Position numbers and translations under genes: made by a program. The notes below the pieces were generated by a model. That model worked only from the letters and a program-made list of their open reading frames with translations. It ran no database searches and was not told the origin of the DNA. From the NCBI GenBank assembly GCA_000320545.1, contig ADNK01002618.1:82093-146092 (forward strand): a DNA stretch of 64,000 nucleotides, given 5' to 3'. How positions within the stretch are numbered: position 1 is the first letter of the stretch; every line of letters begins with the position of its first letter. The DNA comes from Bigelowiella natans CCMP2755 (lineage: Eukaryota > Protista > Cercozoa). Positions 1 through 14,407 of the stretch are shown one piece after another.

Positions 1-2087
1 ATTCGACTGTTTGTGCTTTAGTTTTATGCGACATCGAGTTGGAACAGTTCGATGCCTACGCCTGCATCCATTCACTCGATGCAGATTATATTGGCTAGAT
101 TTCTCTCGCATTAACATCCAATTTTACAGTCAAAGACACGAGAACACTTCGAACTTGCTATTTCCATCTCACTCTCCGTTACAATAAACTCTCCTGCAAA
201 GGAAGAAACTAAGTCGACAAAATAGAATCAATATGACATTCGTGGTAATTTAATATACCGTTGTTTCGTCGTTGTTGTTATGACTATATAGGTACCCTCA
301 GACGTATTGGTAGTTTCCGACCACTACTTTCACTTCTTTGAGCGATAGCATCTCAAAAAAATTCGGGCGTTTGTTTACATCTTCGCTGCATATTTCTCGC
401 TTCGATCCCTTCTTTGAGCTGCCAGCAATTATGTTGATGGCCACAAGGACCTATATCCGACCGCCACCTCGTGTAATCGAATATGCCCTCTCTCTTGAGG
501 GGGGGGTGGTAGACGATTTGTATCCGAAAAGCGCTGACAAGACACAGAAACGAGTGGTCTTTCAGCATGGACAGGACCCTATGCGACTTAAAGTCTTACG
601 GAATATAGAGGTGGCCCTGTTCTCTGACTGTGAGAGTGAGTGAGTAAGAAAGCGAATGAATGCGTTTGCCGCTTTGAAGGAAGAAGGCCGAGCGTTTATT
701 GAGATTTGGCACGCACACCTCACCTACATCTATTTTAGGATGTAATAAAAGGAATCGATTACGAGACGATTCGAAGAGCTCTGCAAGCTGCGGATACTTC
801 TCTACTACAGCAGCTCTCTGCAGCACTTCTCGGTGGTTACTGCCTCCTTCTTCCATGCAATTAAGCAATAGCTTTTATGCTTGACAATGTTTCTCGTTCA
901 CCCTTCTTCCCTGAATATGAGAGAAGAGAGGCGAAGAAGGGGGTGGGGTAACGCATTATTCGCACGGCATTATTCGACTAGAAAGTGTAAATTATGATTA
1001 TCATGTTTGTGTTGCGCAAAGACGATGGAGAGACATATCTGACGACTGCTGTGAATGAAGGGGATATGGTAATCGTGAAACTGCTGCTGCTGCTGCTGTG
1101 CTAGAGAATAGGGACATTAACCATTCATAATGGCACCTGTCCAACAAATGACTGCTGGCTCTTTGCCATAAAGAAATAAGAGCTTTGATTGACAGGAATA
1201 ACCATCGAATCCATAGCATCCGTAATAGTCATCCAACAAATGACTGATATCTACTACTGCCTACTCAGGAAAAAGTAGCAATACTGAGTGACTTTCTCGA
1301 CGTTTGCTCTTCAAACTGCGCAGGAGAAACTCCAGTTTATAAGGTGAGGGGAGGCGGCACAGACAACACCTTTCGTTTTAACTTCCCGCCCTTCCTCTTG
1401 CTGCGACATTGACAGCTTCTTCCTTAGGCCTGTCTTAGAAATGACTGGGATTTGGTTACGTATCTTACTAAGCAAGCTCCAAAGGCACTGAACGCAAAGT
1501 GCCTCTTGGGTTTCACACCGTTGATGGAGGCTGCTCATTCCGGTGATAATGAGAGATTAATGACGCAGCTAAAATATTGCTGTGAGGGAGGAGGGGGGGG
1601 CGCACGGTGCAACCAAAATGGTTCCGCAGAGTTTCACTGGATGCAAGCGCAGTAGGTGTATGTAGCAGCACAGCAATGAACGATGGGATGATGATGATGA
1701 TGGTGATGATGATGGTGATGATGATGATTTGGGGTACAACTGCCTGTGAAAAGGATGAGGCGTCATCGAACCATCGGTTGTTGTAGCAGAGTGGCAGTGT
1801 AAATTACCCTCATTGCGTTCGTGTGTTGTGTGCGTTGTGTTGGTCTAGGACGCGAGGATGCGGTGGATATAATGTTAAGACATGGTGCGATGACGCATAT
1901 AGCGGACCATCACAGTAAAACTGCTTTCTCATGGGCCGGTAATGACTAAAAGATAGCATAATCAAGGGCAGGAGGAGATAGCTCTCGATATTCTCTAGAA
2001 TTATCATTACTGTTAGTTTATTCATCGTCATAGAAAGCTCCAAGTATAATGACATCGCACACACACACACACACACATATTTATATA

Positions 2088-2154
<67 letters not shown>

Positions 2155-3090
2155 TGTGTATTTTGTGTATGTCGTACTGCTTCTTATCCGACACAGCTTC
2201 AGAGGCGTACGATAAGACGCTCGCAAGGCTGATAGAAGGGAGCTGCAGTCAATTTGCTGGTGAGGGGCTGACACGTCATTGGATCGCCATTATGGACTTC
2301 GAGGAGGAGCTCTCTCGACACGACAGCAGCAACCGTAGCAGAGGGTAGTAGCTAGGCCTCCTCCTCCTCCTCCTCCTCCTCCTCCTCCTCCTGTCCACTA
2401 ATTACAGCAGCGAATGACGTAGTCGTTCGATTGGATGAGTGCATGGATGATTGAATGAAGGAATGCATGAATGAATATATGATTGAGGGAGGCGTGGATG
2501 GATACAAGTGAATGTATCGATAAATCGATGATGCGCGAGAATGCAGCAAGAAACACACTAACAGCATACCCCTCTCTACAACATGACCAACGTACACAGC
2601 CCCCTCCCCCGGATATGGCCGGAGCTTCGCGAGTCCAAGGTCATCCCATCCCCTCCCGGCGATGTCATGATTCCGTTCAATGAATTTCCAAGGCTGGTGG
2701 GCGCGTTAGAGAGAGGGGTCCACACTCTCCGGGGGAACCGCAAAGCCGCCCTATCGAAGGCCTTCCAAGAATCAAATGTGCCTCGGGGACTCTCCTGCAC
2801 CGCACTCTTCTCCGTCATTGCTGAGTGAGTAAAGTCTTGCAACGACAAGAGATAATGGATGTATGTGGATGTGTAGTTTTTGGGTTGGGAGGTCTGGAGA
2901 GGCGGTTGGTAAATCAAGTTGTCGGTTAGTATGCTACATATAAATAATAAGGAGGGCCGATGAGAATCTCTTCTTTATTTACATTCCACCTTCTCATGTT
3001 ATCTTCAGATATTTGTGTCCAAGCCTAGCAATCTCCACGCTGTATGTACCGGTGAAACTGGCAGGATCGAAGAGCAGCGTCTGTCTATGA
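1..3090 (+). CDS. Multi-exon ankyrin-repeat protein (5' end uncertain, probably upstream of the window)
   Basis: Spliced exons give ankyrin motifs: DGETYLTTAVNEGDM (~1021), GETPVYK|ACLRNDWDLVTYLTKQAPKALNAKCLLGFTPLMEAAHSG (1320-1545) and |REDAVDIMLRHGAMTHIAD (~1850). Later exons at ~2197, ~2600 and 3009 end SKSSVCL-TGA at 3088-3090. Linkage of exons before ~1000 is tentative. Confidence 0.7.
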
Positions 3091-4474
3091 TGATGCGTCA
3101 TTGAGTTGAGTAGTCATCATCACCATCACCATCGTCGTCGTTAGATGGGTAGATATATCGACAGGAAAAATAGTAGTGATAGCAGTAGTAGCGGCAGTCT
3201 GTAAAAATTGTATAGTTGGAGGAAATAGTTACTAGTAGTTATGTCTATAGAATGCGTATCGGCCTGAAGCCAAAGGCTGATGGTGCGCTCTGAAACGGGC
3301 GTTGTCGGTATTCTTATTCTCACGAGCAAAACACTGAAAGAAAAAGTAGGTAAATCGAAGTGCCCGGCCGTGGTAGGCTCTATATGAATAAAAAATAGTG
3401 AAAACAACAGTACAGCATCTTTGAGCGGTACCATTCCTTGTACATAAATCGTATGCACTGCCGAAGCCAAGAACTTATAAGAGGCGCGATGTTCAAAACA
3501 GCTACATCATGGATTGTCTAGAAAGCCTGGCTGGTTGTGCAACTAGCAATTTATTCTTATCCTTGCGTTCACATTGACATGCCTAATGCCTCTACATGGA
3601 GGCCTAGGGCAGTTATTAGGGAAACTGTGCAGTGCATTTTGGCATCTGTCTATCTCCCTTCACAGTTATGCGTCTCCTGAAATGTGAGACGGATGTAATC
3701 GTGAAAACATGAACCCAACCATCATGCATTTGACTTGCGTTCTCACTGTATTGAAGTGATTAAATCTTTTCAATAGTATAAGAATATATATCTCTACATC
3801 GCATCACACAGTGCTAATGCATGGGACAAACAACCAGTACGTCTACTACGTCTACCACTATCACGCTGCCCCGCATGGCCACACACATCAGCAACACAAT
3901 TAATATATAGCTAGATAGGTGCGTGCTAATAAATAAGTGCACCGCGCACGCGCAGTTGCACACATCTCTAGATCTCTAGATCTAGACACAATAATAAACA
4001 CGTGTAGTGAATGTCGATTCACATAGTAGTCCCGATCGACATGCCATGGCGGAATGAGTTGAATGCGTGAAATGACCAAAATATTCTCAGTATTCAAAGC
4101 GAAATGTGGCATCTTGCTTCACATGGTGCGATGCGCATCGGCAGCGCAGACTCATGTCTTATAGTCTAGATGTGCCCAGATGCTCACAGCTAGCACTAGA
4201 GCATCCAATATGATCATGCAAAACAAGAACGCACCACATCCTGTCGCTGGAAATGCAGTGCACAGTCACTAGTATACATGCATCGTATAATTTTCGTGGG
4301 TTCATATGGTAATCATATTATGAAAATTTACAGCTCCTATCAATGTGTACGACATGCATATGTGCACACAAATGTAATACGTGTACAAATGAGCTCGTAG
4401 ACATATTCAGTGCAGGGATTGACACATTAATTCATCGGCGGATTGATCTAGGCATGTCAATAGGTCCAACCTTT

Positions 4475-5535
<1,061 letters not shown>

Positions 5536-5669
5536 GGGTTGTTGTGGTTGTTGTTAGACTAATACCGAGGTGAGAGGACGACAGGCAACACACGGCAACA
5601 ACAAATTAAAAATAAATTTCATTACATGTTTTCTCGATTAATTCATCACAGTTTTTGGTTGCTAATTGG

Positions 5670-6700
5670 GATGCGACCTCATCCTCTGCTTCAGCCCATC
5701 ACATTGGTGCTCTCCGTCGTCTTGCAACGTTTTTGGAAACGTGGTTTTTGTTCATCGTCTTTGTCAAAACTCTCTTTCTTGATGGAACGTCGAACGAACA
5801 CAAATCTTGAACCTTGAGTGCACACTGTGCACACGCGGTGTCCGTGGCTGAGTCTCAAGTTTGGCCGCAAACTGATCTCGGGTTCAGTTGAGTGCGCGCG
5901 TGTCCAGACGTGCGTCCTTCTGACGTGCATGCACCGTCCACGTGCGCTGTTGACATCGGCCCTCGCTCCTGTTGGGGCTTGTGTGGACGCCCGACCCTGT
6001 TGAACAAGCTCATTTGCACTGGTGTTCAACACCAATGCCCTTCAATCGCATCACTTTTCACGTGCACGAAAACCTGTGCAGGAGACGAGTTGTGGGAGCT
6101 GACCGTTCGTGGCGTGTGCACGTGCGCGTGGGCTTGCTAGCTTGATCCCAACTGCAGCCACAAACACGCTCCGCACGTGCACCACACTCACACGCGCTGC
6201 TGCCCCTTTTGCAGTGTCTGTCCTGCTGACCACGTGCGGTGCTTGCTGTCACTTCCAGACTTTTCGTGACAGCAACTTTGAACGAACCATCTGTACCTTT
6301 CAGCGGTCGCAAAGCTAGCAAGAGGGCTTGGGCACTCACTAGCTCAATTGAACACTCTCTGTGCGATCATGTGCTAGTGTGGCACCCGCATCACAAACGA
6401 TCGACGTGCGCGCACGCAACACAAGGTTCAAGACCAAAGGCTCAGCAGAGACGAGACCACCGCACAATCATCCCAGCATGGACCGCGAGGGAAAAGCACG
6501 TCAGCGAACAGCACCAATTGCAATGAATGGCTCTCCATCGCTCCAGCGCTAGGCGACGCTAGCAGCATGGTAGTGGTGGATGCGAGTGCACTTCCTTCAC
6601 CATGCAAAAATGAACCAGTCGTGCTCATGTAGCTGGTCCATCATCTAATGGTCTACAAGGTGTCCGATATGTAACAACATGCACGTACATCAACCACTCA
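5670..6700. other. TpA-depleted hypermutated tract (unclassified relic)
   Basis: By eye about 7 TAs in 5670-6560, nearly all within CTAG. Overlapping ORFs occur in all frames, with no Tyr and excess Cys/His. Confidence 0.8.
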
Positions 6701-6770
6701 TTTCACTGCACAAGATACTTCATGCTTGTTAATGTGCACGAAGATGATGAAGGCATGGACGCCTTCAGAG

Positions 6771-7595
6771 CTATGATTCCGCACCACCATGATTACAATG
6801 ACTATGACTCTCATTTCCTTTCTCTGTAGTCTTGTGCACGTGCGAGCAACCCGCGTGGTCTTCGTGAGAGTGTGAATCACCGATTCTACACTTCACACGA
6901 CCGCAGTGAGGATTTGGCCTGCATTGGATGATGAGTAGGTGACTGCATATGGTAAAAATGAAATGATGATGGTGGAATACCTGCTTTCGATCTTTCCGGT
7001 TAGCTTTTCGACCCAATGTTCAACTCCGCTTAATACAACCTCCATTTCTTCGCTGCTACGTTGCTTAACTGTCTCCACCTGCTCGAAATGCCAGACGGAC
7101 GGATAAAACTTTAAGAGCAAGGTGACAAGGTCGAGCATGAAGTCGTTGCGCACTTTTATGCATAAAATACTTGGGAATTCTCTTAGTTTTGTAAAGTCCA
7201 TATTTTCTTTTACTTTTTCCCGCAGCCAAATTTAAAAAGAACCCATTAAAAATGTTAGGTCCAAGTTTTTCTTTTAGATACCATCATCAACGCCGTGTTC
7301 CAGAAGCATGCGAGCGTAGGGAAGGAGGTTATGTATGCCATGCTGATGATAAACACGACGACGAGAATTATCATCATAGCAAATACTTGCTTGTTCTACT
7401 CCATCTTCTTCATCATCGTTATTATCACCACCACCACCACTATAATAATAATAATCCTACCTTAGGGGAATCGCCTCTATGTTCGTTTTTACGCATATGA
7501 GCTCGAGCACATCTAGCCTGGGGGCACAAAGTACCACTCATACATGTACGTACTACTTTTATGCATGAATAAAATACACACATCGTTTGTGGTGT

Positions 7596-7635
<40 letters not shown>

Positions 7636-8052
7636 TACTTAGGGCTCTTCTTCCGCAAAAGCTCCTGCACCGCTTGCGAAAGTGTGCTATCGTCGTGGAA
7701 GAGCTAAATGTGAAGAAGTCATAAGTATCAAAACACATCTCGATGCAGTGTAATTTGGCAGCAGACTATGAAGGCATCACGTCCATCAGTGTTATTTTTG
7801 AAACTCAAAATTTAATATTAAATTCATTGATATAGGCGTGATTGCCAAAATTTGTTTTCGCTTTTAGCCTCCAACACCTTCCCTCTTTATTATAGGGGGG
7901 GGGAGGGGGGGAAGAAGAGTGCCCTTGCATACCACGAGCCGTGCACCAGGAGAACGAACTGCCTTCATGGCCGCATCAAGATCTAAATCCTACATAGATG
8001 AAAAGAAAGGAGATAGGGAGAGAAAGAGAGATAGGGAGAGAAAGACAGACAG

Positions 8053-8110
<58 letters not shown>

Positions 8111-8676
8111 GAAGATAGCTGAGCTATATCCGAAAAGTGATATTAATTTTCTGCAACTCCCCGTTTCCCTCCCTCCCCCACTTTTCATTCATATCCGTTT
8201 AATCTCCTACTGAACTAAAAACCTTATATTTTTGTAGTTTTTCCTCTTTAGCTTCTTCTACCGCCTCTGCAACCTGTGATAGTTGCTATAAGAGAGGTAC
8301 AGGCAGCAGCAGCTAAATTGAGAAACGGTTACCTCCTGCTTTATTTGGGTCTTCCTCTGTTGCGCTAATTTTGCGAGAATTTCGTCATCGTCGTCGAGAC
8401 CGGAGAGCTCAGAGGAATCACTTGCATCATCCTGTAAATCGCGCGAAGCAACAAGCTCCATCATTTTCCCGAATTATTTCCCCCTTCGTTATCCCAACCC
8501 TTAACATTTTGTCAGCCTCGCTTTCCCTTTCCCTCCAGTTGGCATACCTTGCCAGAATTGAGATCGATTCGCCTCTTAAATTTGTGCATGAATTCCCCAT
8601 TAAACAAGGCATCCGACTCGGCGTTCTTCTTTCGGACAGCTGCAAATTTACGCTCCTGGGCCTCGCAATCGCACAT
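6771..8676 (-). CDS. Phosducin-like/thioredoxin-like protein with a His/Cys-rich C-terminal tail
   Basis: Exons MCDCEAQERK..., DDASDSSELSGLDDDDEILAKLAQQRKTQIKQE (acidic stretch plus helix, as in phosducin-like proteins), FTKLREFPSILCIK and terminal RPNPHCGRVKCRIGDSHSHEDH...AES*. The family assignment rests on weak motif resemblance. Confidence 0.5.
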
Positions 8677-9340
8677 GATGAAGTGCTTATTTTGATTTAT
8701 AGCAGGATAGACAACCTGAACCGATGCTATCATCGCAGACAGAGAAAACTTAAACAAGTAAAAATATGTGGAAATGTTTGCTGAAAAGGGTTTGGAGGGG
8801 GGGGGGTGGGGATGAGGATTACGAGAGAATTATTTTTGGATATTAGATTGTGAAATAGTTCATGTAATTCGGAAGGATGGAATTGAATGAATAGCCTATG
8901 CTCTGCCCATGGTCGAAGGCCCACCTGCGTTTCAATGGAGCTCTGTCTTCGCTTGTGCTTCCAATTTAGAAGATTCTCATTAGATAAAATATAAAGCCAA
9001 AAATATCGTAGTCAATATTTCAATGATCAATTAGTCTATTGATTCAAAAAGATTTACTTGAGTATTTCCTGATTTCCATGCATTCATTCCTTTTCCGTTT
9101 AGAATTTCTTATTTTTCCTGGTCCAAAGACACAAGATGAGTACGATGCGACGAAGTCTTTCTTGACATCTGTTGCAGGATGTTCTTATGACGAAATATTT
9201 CCGAAATGGGGATATCACCCACATGATTGCGCAGTTTTCTTCTAAATTGTTTTCTTTAATTAAAAATAATATATTAGTAATATTACCAAATATTTCGTCC
9301 CAATTTGCGAAGAATAGACGAAATGCGATAGTCCCAGCCA

Positions 9341-10531
9341 ATGGCATCGTCACCAACCCCCACGTCGACGGGCACAGCCGACGAGCACAGCAGCAGTGGG
9401 GATAAGACGAACAATACCAATAACTCTGAAAAGCAACCAATTATCAAGATCTCAGGAATTCCAAACACGTGGCGCGCAACAGATCTTAGAAAGTCGCTCG
9501 TTTTCCAAAAAAAATCCTTCCGATTCCTATCTTGTCTTCCATTCGTCTACTGATAGAATGATTCATTAACTCCTTATCGTCTCATACTTTGCAAGGTTTT
9601 TCTCTAAGTTCATCGAGGAGGAAAAGTTTGGTTTGTTTCATTTCAAAGGCCGCAGGGAGAAGGTCTCCCGAGGAACCGCGAGGACGGTTCAATGCTGCCT
9701 TGTGAAGCTGCGAAAAAGGGGCGATGCGCTTTCATTCTACAGAAGCTATAACACTAGACGCTGGGATATACGGCAACCATCTCTCGGGTGAAACTTACGT
9801 TTCAAAAGAGATACAACATACTGCCTTCGAAGCAATTATTCCTCAAACCACTGAGGACTCACGGACTCTTTCTTAACAAACAGGTGTTGTCTAATCTCAT
9901 CGGCGGATGGGTGGTATCCCAAAGAACTCCGCCAGGCAGAAGTTATCCCGAATGGACACACGCCACCGAGTCGGGTTTACAAGACAATAAAGCAGCGCAA
10001 TGAGTTGAAGCTCGCTCTGAAGGCAGGAGAATTTGACCCACCGTCACAATGGCCAAACGGTCTCGTCGGGACATCTGCACGCCTTCTCCAAGAACTCGCC
10101 CAAAAACATGCTAACACCGAGGAAGAGGCAAAGAACAGGATGGTGGTCGCAGGTGCGGCTGACTCAACTGCTGAAGAAAAAGATCATGAAATCGTCAAAG
10201 ACTTAGGGCTCGAAAAGGCTAAGAGATTGATGAAAAATCATGGATGGGAAGAGGGACAGGGACTCGGAAAGTAAACATAATAATCTTTGACCTTAGACGA
10301 TATGGCAAAGCTAATGGTATGACTCTTTTAATTTTTAATATTTATAGAAGCAACCAGGGTATATCTACCCCCATAACCGCACATCAAAGCAATGGAAGAA
10401 GAGTAGGCATCGGATATGAAATGAGTCAGGAGGAAGAAGCATTAGAACGAAGGAAACAAAACCGTGCGAATCGCATCCGAAAAAGGCTCGCCAAGAGAAA
10501 AAGAAAAGGAGAAGAACTTTTTCGATCATAG
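9341..10531 (+). CDS. GPATCH3: G-patch domain protein, GPATCH3-like
   Basis: ISGIPNTWRATDLRK|FFSKFIEEEKFGLFHFKGRRE and EFDPPSQWPNGLVGT resemble conserved GPATCH3 blocks. The G-patch reads AKRLMKNHGWEEGQGLGK|SNQGISTPI..RVGIGY. Confidence 0.8.
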
Positions 10532-11138
10532 GTAGTCCTAGATTGAATAATCCTGATGAGATATGCGAGCTTCGCTGTTGCCGAGGTTCGCGGTAGTAAT
10601 AGGCATTTATATCACAGATTCTTCGTACTATGATTAAGTTAGATATGTGTCGAAGAATTGTAGCAGTTGCATCGCTCTTTATTAATAATCCGGGCTATTT
10701 GTAGCGATGTATGAGCATGTACTATCTAGATTATTATGTCGCAGGGCTTCTATGCAGGTACAATTTATGCCACAATAATCACATCCGTGATTAGAAGAAG
10801 TATGTGCTTGCACAATACTATGATGTGCGCGCGCTGCACCGTATAATCAAGACTCATATTATAGCATAACGGATTTGCGTTTAGCTAGCTAATCATACAA
10901 TGTAGCGCATACCACGGCGGGCGCTACTCACGCATGTACAATATGCGCCGCTTGTCTGCATGCTTCCTCCTTGTAGACTATGAATACGTACGTACTTGCT
11001 GGTGCGTCTTCTACACACAAAACCCAGAGTCATTTAATATTTTAACGTCTCTTAACCTCTATAATAACGTAGCATAGCTGCACTAATGATGACGTAGAAT
11101 ATCGCTTTATTTATTTGTTTTCATTGCCAACCAACTCT

Positions 11139-12540
11139 TCATTTTCTTTCATAATTCGTCATCATCGTAGCCATAGCCATTTTGTGCGATTTACACCGAC
11201 TGATTTGATGTCGCCGCAGACTGGACTTCAAGGTAAATGAAGTACCTGGACACATTCGTCGTCAGAAAATAGCACGAAGAAAATCATCGATTCAAGACAT
11301 TAGCAACGCAAGGAGTACTATCTGGTGTTCTCACCGCATGAACTGCAAATAAATTGCGGGTTGCCTTTGTGCAAATGTTTGGTCTTTTCGTGCATGTGTA
11401 GATTGGGACGGAATCTGAACATCTTCCCACATTCTGAACCATATTATAAAAAGGTTGAAGGGGGGGGGGGGCTGGAAATCGAAGGGGGAAACAGCCTCAA
11501 TATTGCGATCAAGGGTCGTAGTAGCCTTTTAGCACGCATCATAAATAGAACAAAGGTAGTATTTGTACGTCGTTGCAATACCAATGCACATGTGGCGTCT
11601 AGACTCCGAATGAAAATCCTTTTCGTGGATTTGCCTCACGGAAGGTTGTGAGAAGGTTGCATTACACAAACCACATTGCAACATATCCTGCCAAACCAAA
11701 CGAAAAATAGAACATTACAACAATAACGCTTTGGTGCCATTGTCTACATTATCTACAACGAATACGATCCTACCAGCGTCCATCTATTTTGTTCTTTCCT
11801 TACAGGGGCCACTCTGTGTTGGAGCTCCAAATGTCTCAGTAATGGTCCTTTTGAACAGAAAAACTTCTCGCAATCCGAACACTTAAACCTTCTCAAGCTA
11901 GACAGCCTTCCCGTACTAGGTAGAGTATAGCAAAAAAACATTCTGTCAGGAGAAAATCACAAATTCTCATAATATATGCCTGATACCCGGAGAAAGTGAA
12001 ATTGTTGTGCGCATGAAGACGGTGCGTGTGGTAAGACCATTCCTAGAGAATATGAAGGAATGGAAGAGGGTATACTCTTATGAACAGATAGGGCGTAGAA
12101 GGGAGGATCAGAAACAACTCGAAGATGTCGTAAAGGAGAAATGAATCTGATAAATCCTTTCTATTTCACAACCTGTTGGAAGATGAGACCGCATTCATGA
12201 CACGTCCTTTGCTCATTATCGTGCGCGGAGAAGTGACGTTTTAGTAGATAGCGGGAATTGGCCGTACTGTTACATATGGAGCAGACGTGCAAAACCTGAG
12301 GGCCATTGCGTCGCTTCGTGGTGTTGCTCAGTGTTTTGGTTTTGGTGGATCTTGGAAGCGTTGCAACTACGAGAAAGGCTGGTGCCATTAGCGTTAACTT
12401 TCGGTGAGACCCACTTTGAATGCCCATCCTGTATAAACCTCGCCCCAGGGGGGTTCTTGGAGAGGTAGGGTCGTCTCCGTTCTCAAGAGCGCATTCGAAT
12501 CAGTGTTGCAGGCGGGGTCTGACATGACGACAGAGTCCAT
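11139..12540 (-). CDS. Multi-C2H2 zinc-finger protein
   Basis: Exons encode CSICNSTANSRYLLKRHFSAH, CHECG, CSDCEKFFCSKGPLLRHLELQH, CGLCNATFSQPSVRQIHEKDFH, ECGKMFRFRPNLHMHEKTKH and FTLKSSLRRHQ. Confidence 0.85.
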
Positions 12541-13113
12541 ATTTTACGCCGATAATATCTAAATAAGAATAGTATAACGGAATATCCGCTGCTGCATCGT
12601 TGAACATATTTCGAGGATCATCAAACTTTGCGACAAAAGTATAAGTAATTGATAGGATATTTTACCGATTCACGGAAGTGGTTTTTTATCTTGGGTTGGC
12701 TGGTTTTTTTGTATTTGTGTTCGCTTTGATAAATGAGACAGATAATCTGAGCATTTTTCTGCTATGAGTGCTCGTAGAACAACACAAAGTGGTATTCCCC
12801 AGCTTCACAACCACGCGCTAAACGTCCTCGCCGACAACGATTATGGTTGTCGCACGGGAAAATAATGAGGCTTTTGGCACTTCCTAGTGCCCTTTTCGCT
12901 TCTGCGACTCGAGCTATTCACAATGTTATTTTTAGTGCTCTTGGAGCATAAGAGGTTGGTTTTGCGAATCGGGTGGGAGGGGGGGGCGAGAGACATAACT
13001 CACAGGTCTCCTATCTGCATTACCTCTCCTGCTCCAATTTTCCTTCGTTTCATTTTTCAGGCTTTTTGTTTAAAGTTCTCCTGTTTTTGTTGCAGACCTA
13101 CTTGAGGTGGAAA

Positions 13114-13261
13114 ACCACGTTCCGAATGCCAGGTCTTGAAGACGACAACAAGGAGCTTCTTCTAGGAGTGCAAGAAGGTAACTTCACCGGAGAGAATTCG
13201 TATCGATAGGCTTTCCAAAACGAAATATGAAGAATTCGGAAAGGAAAAACAAGCACGCACG

Positions 13262-13307
<46 letters not shown>

Positions 13308-13418
13308 ACGTTCCGAATGCCAGGCCTTGAAGACGACCACAAGGAGCTTCTTCTGGGAATACAAGAGGGTAACTTCACCGAAGAATGTTAATATAGATAG
13401 GCTTTGACAAACGTAAAT
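13114..13418 (+). repeat. Diverged direct duplication (~110 bp) of the ATPase 5' exon plus splice donor, separated by a (CA)n tract
   Basis: ccacgttccgaATGccaggtcttgaagacgacaacaaggagcttcttctaggagtgcaagaag|gtaacttcacc (ATG 13126) versus ccacgttccgaATGccaggccttgaagacgaccacaaggagcttcttctgggaatacaagagg|gtaacttcacc (ATG 13317). Confidence 0.9.
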
Positions 13419-14133
13419 TGAAGAACGAGCGATATGATATTTCTACTCGGCTTGAAAAAGAAGCATGTTTTTTGACGATTGGCCATAAACCAGAAGATAC
13501 CGAGAGCCCAGTGGAAACTGTGCGAAGCTATTCACAAACTCGTTTAGGCATGCTAGGCCGTACTTTCAGTACCCATAATTTGTTTGGTGCTCTTGATGAG
13601 TGGTCGAGGGGAGTGAGGATACCTGAAACCCCTAGCGAGCATTTGGAGAACTCCACGCGGATAAAGGCGGAAATACTGCGGGCTGAAACGAAGAAGCTGA
13701 ATTTCGTTGATGACCGTATGTTTCCGTATATTCATGAATAATACACACTCAAATTATTGACAAATTGTATACTTACTTCGTGCAAAAAAGGTGCGCATAT
13801 CGACCTACACCTTCTTGCCGGAGAACTGAAAGTGGACCTTGGAAAAGGACTCTCCTCAGAACAAGCAAGAAACCTGCTGAGAGAATACGGGAGGAACGAA
13901 TTAGAATCGGTGGCATCCATGTATAGATTATTATCGATTATACGTTAAACAATGACTTGGCAATCTTTGGCCTATCTCTGTCTCTCTATCACCTCAGAGA
14001 CAATATCTCTGCTGCCCTTGCTGATAAGATACATTAATAATGCAGGATCCTCCTACTCCGATCTGGAAACTGTTTCTCGACCAGTACGATTGACTGCCTG
14101 CCAACTTGTTCATTTGGCCTTTGTTATGGGATA

Positions 14134-14188
<55 letters not shown>

Positions 14189-14365
14189 ACACAATTTCTT
14201 ACAAACTGTATGATCCTTATTCTACTCCTCAGATTCAACGATATTCTAGTTCTCCTCTTGATCGCTGCATGCATCATCTCGATGGCACTTGTAATCATAT
14301 GTACCACCCGTTTGAATGTTGTTAGTTTCTATGAAATTCAGATCTCCTCAGAGAAGTACGTGATT

Positions 14366-14407
<42 letters not shown>

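Noticed and set aside
8885-9245. Possible small gene ending EFLIFPGPKTQDEYDATKSF...DCAVFF*
   Set aside because: It resembles a terminal exon, but I could not build a consistent upstream model or recognise a family.
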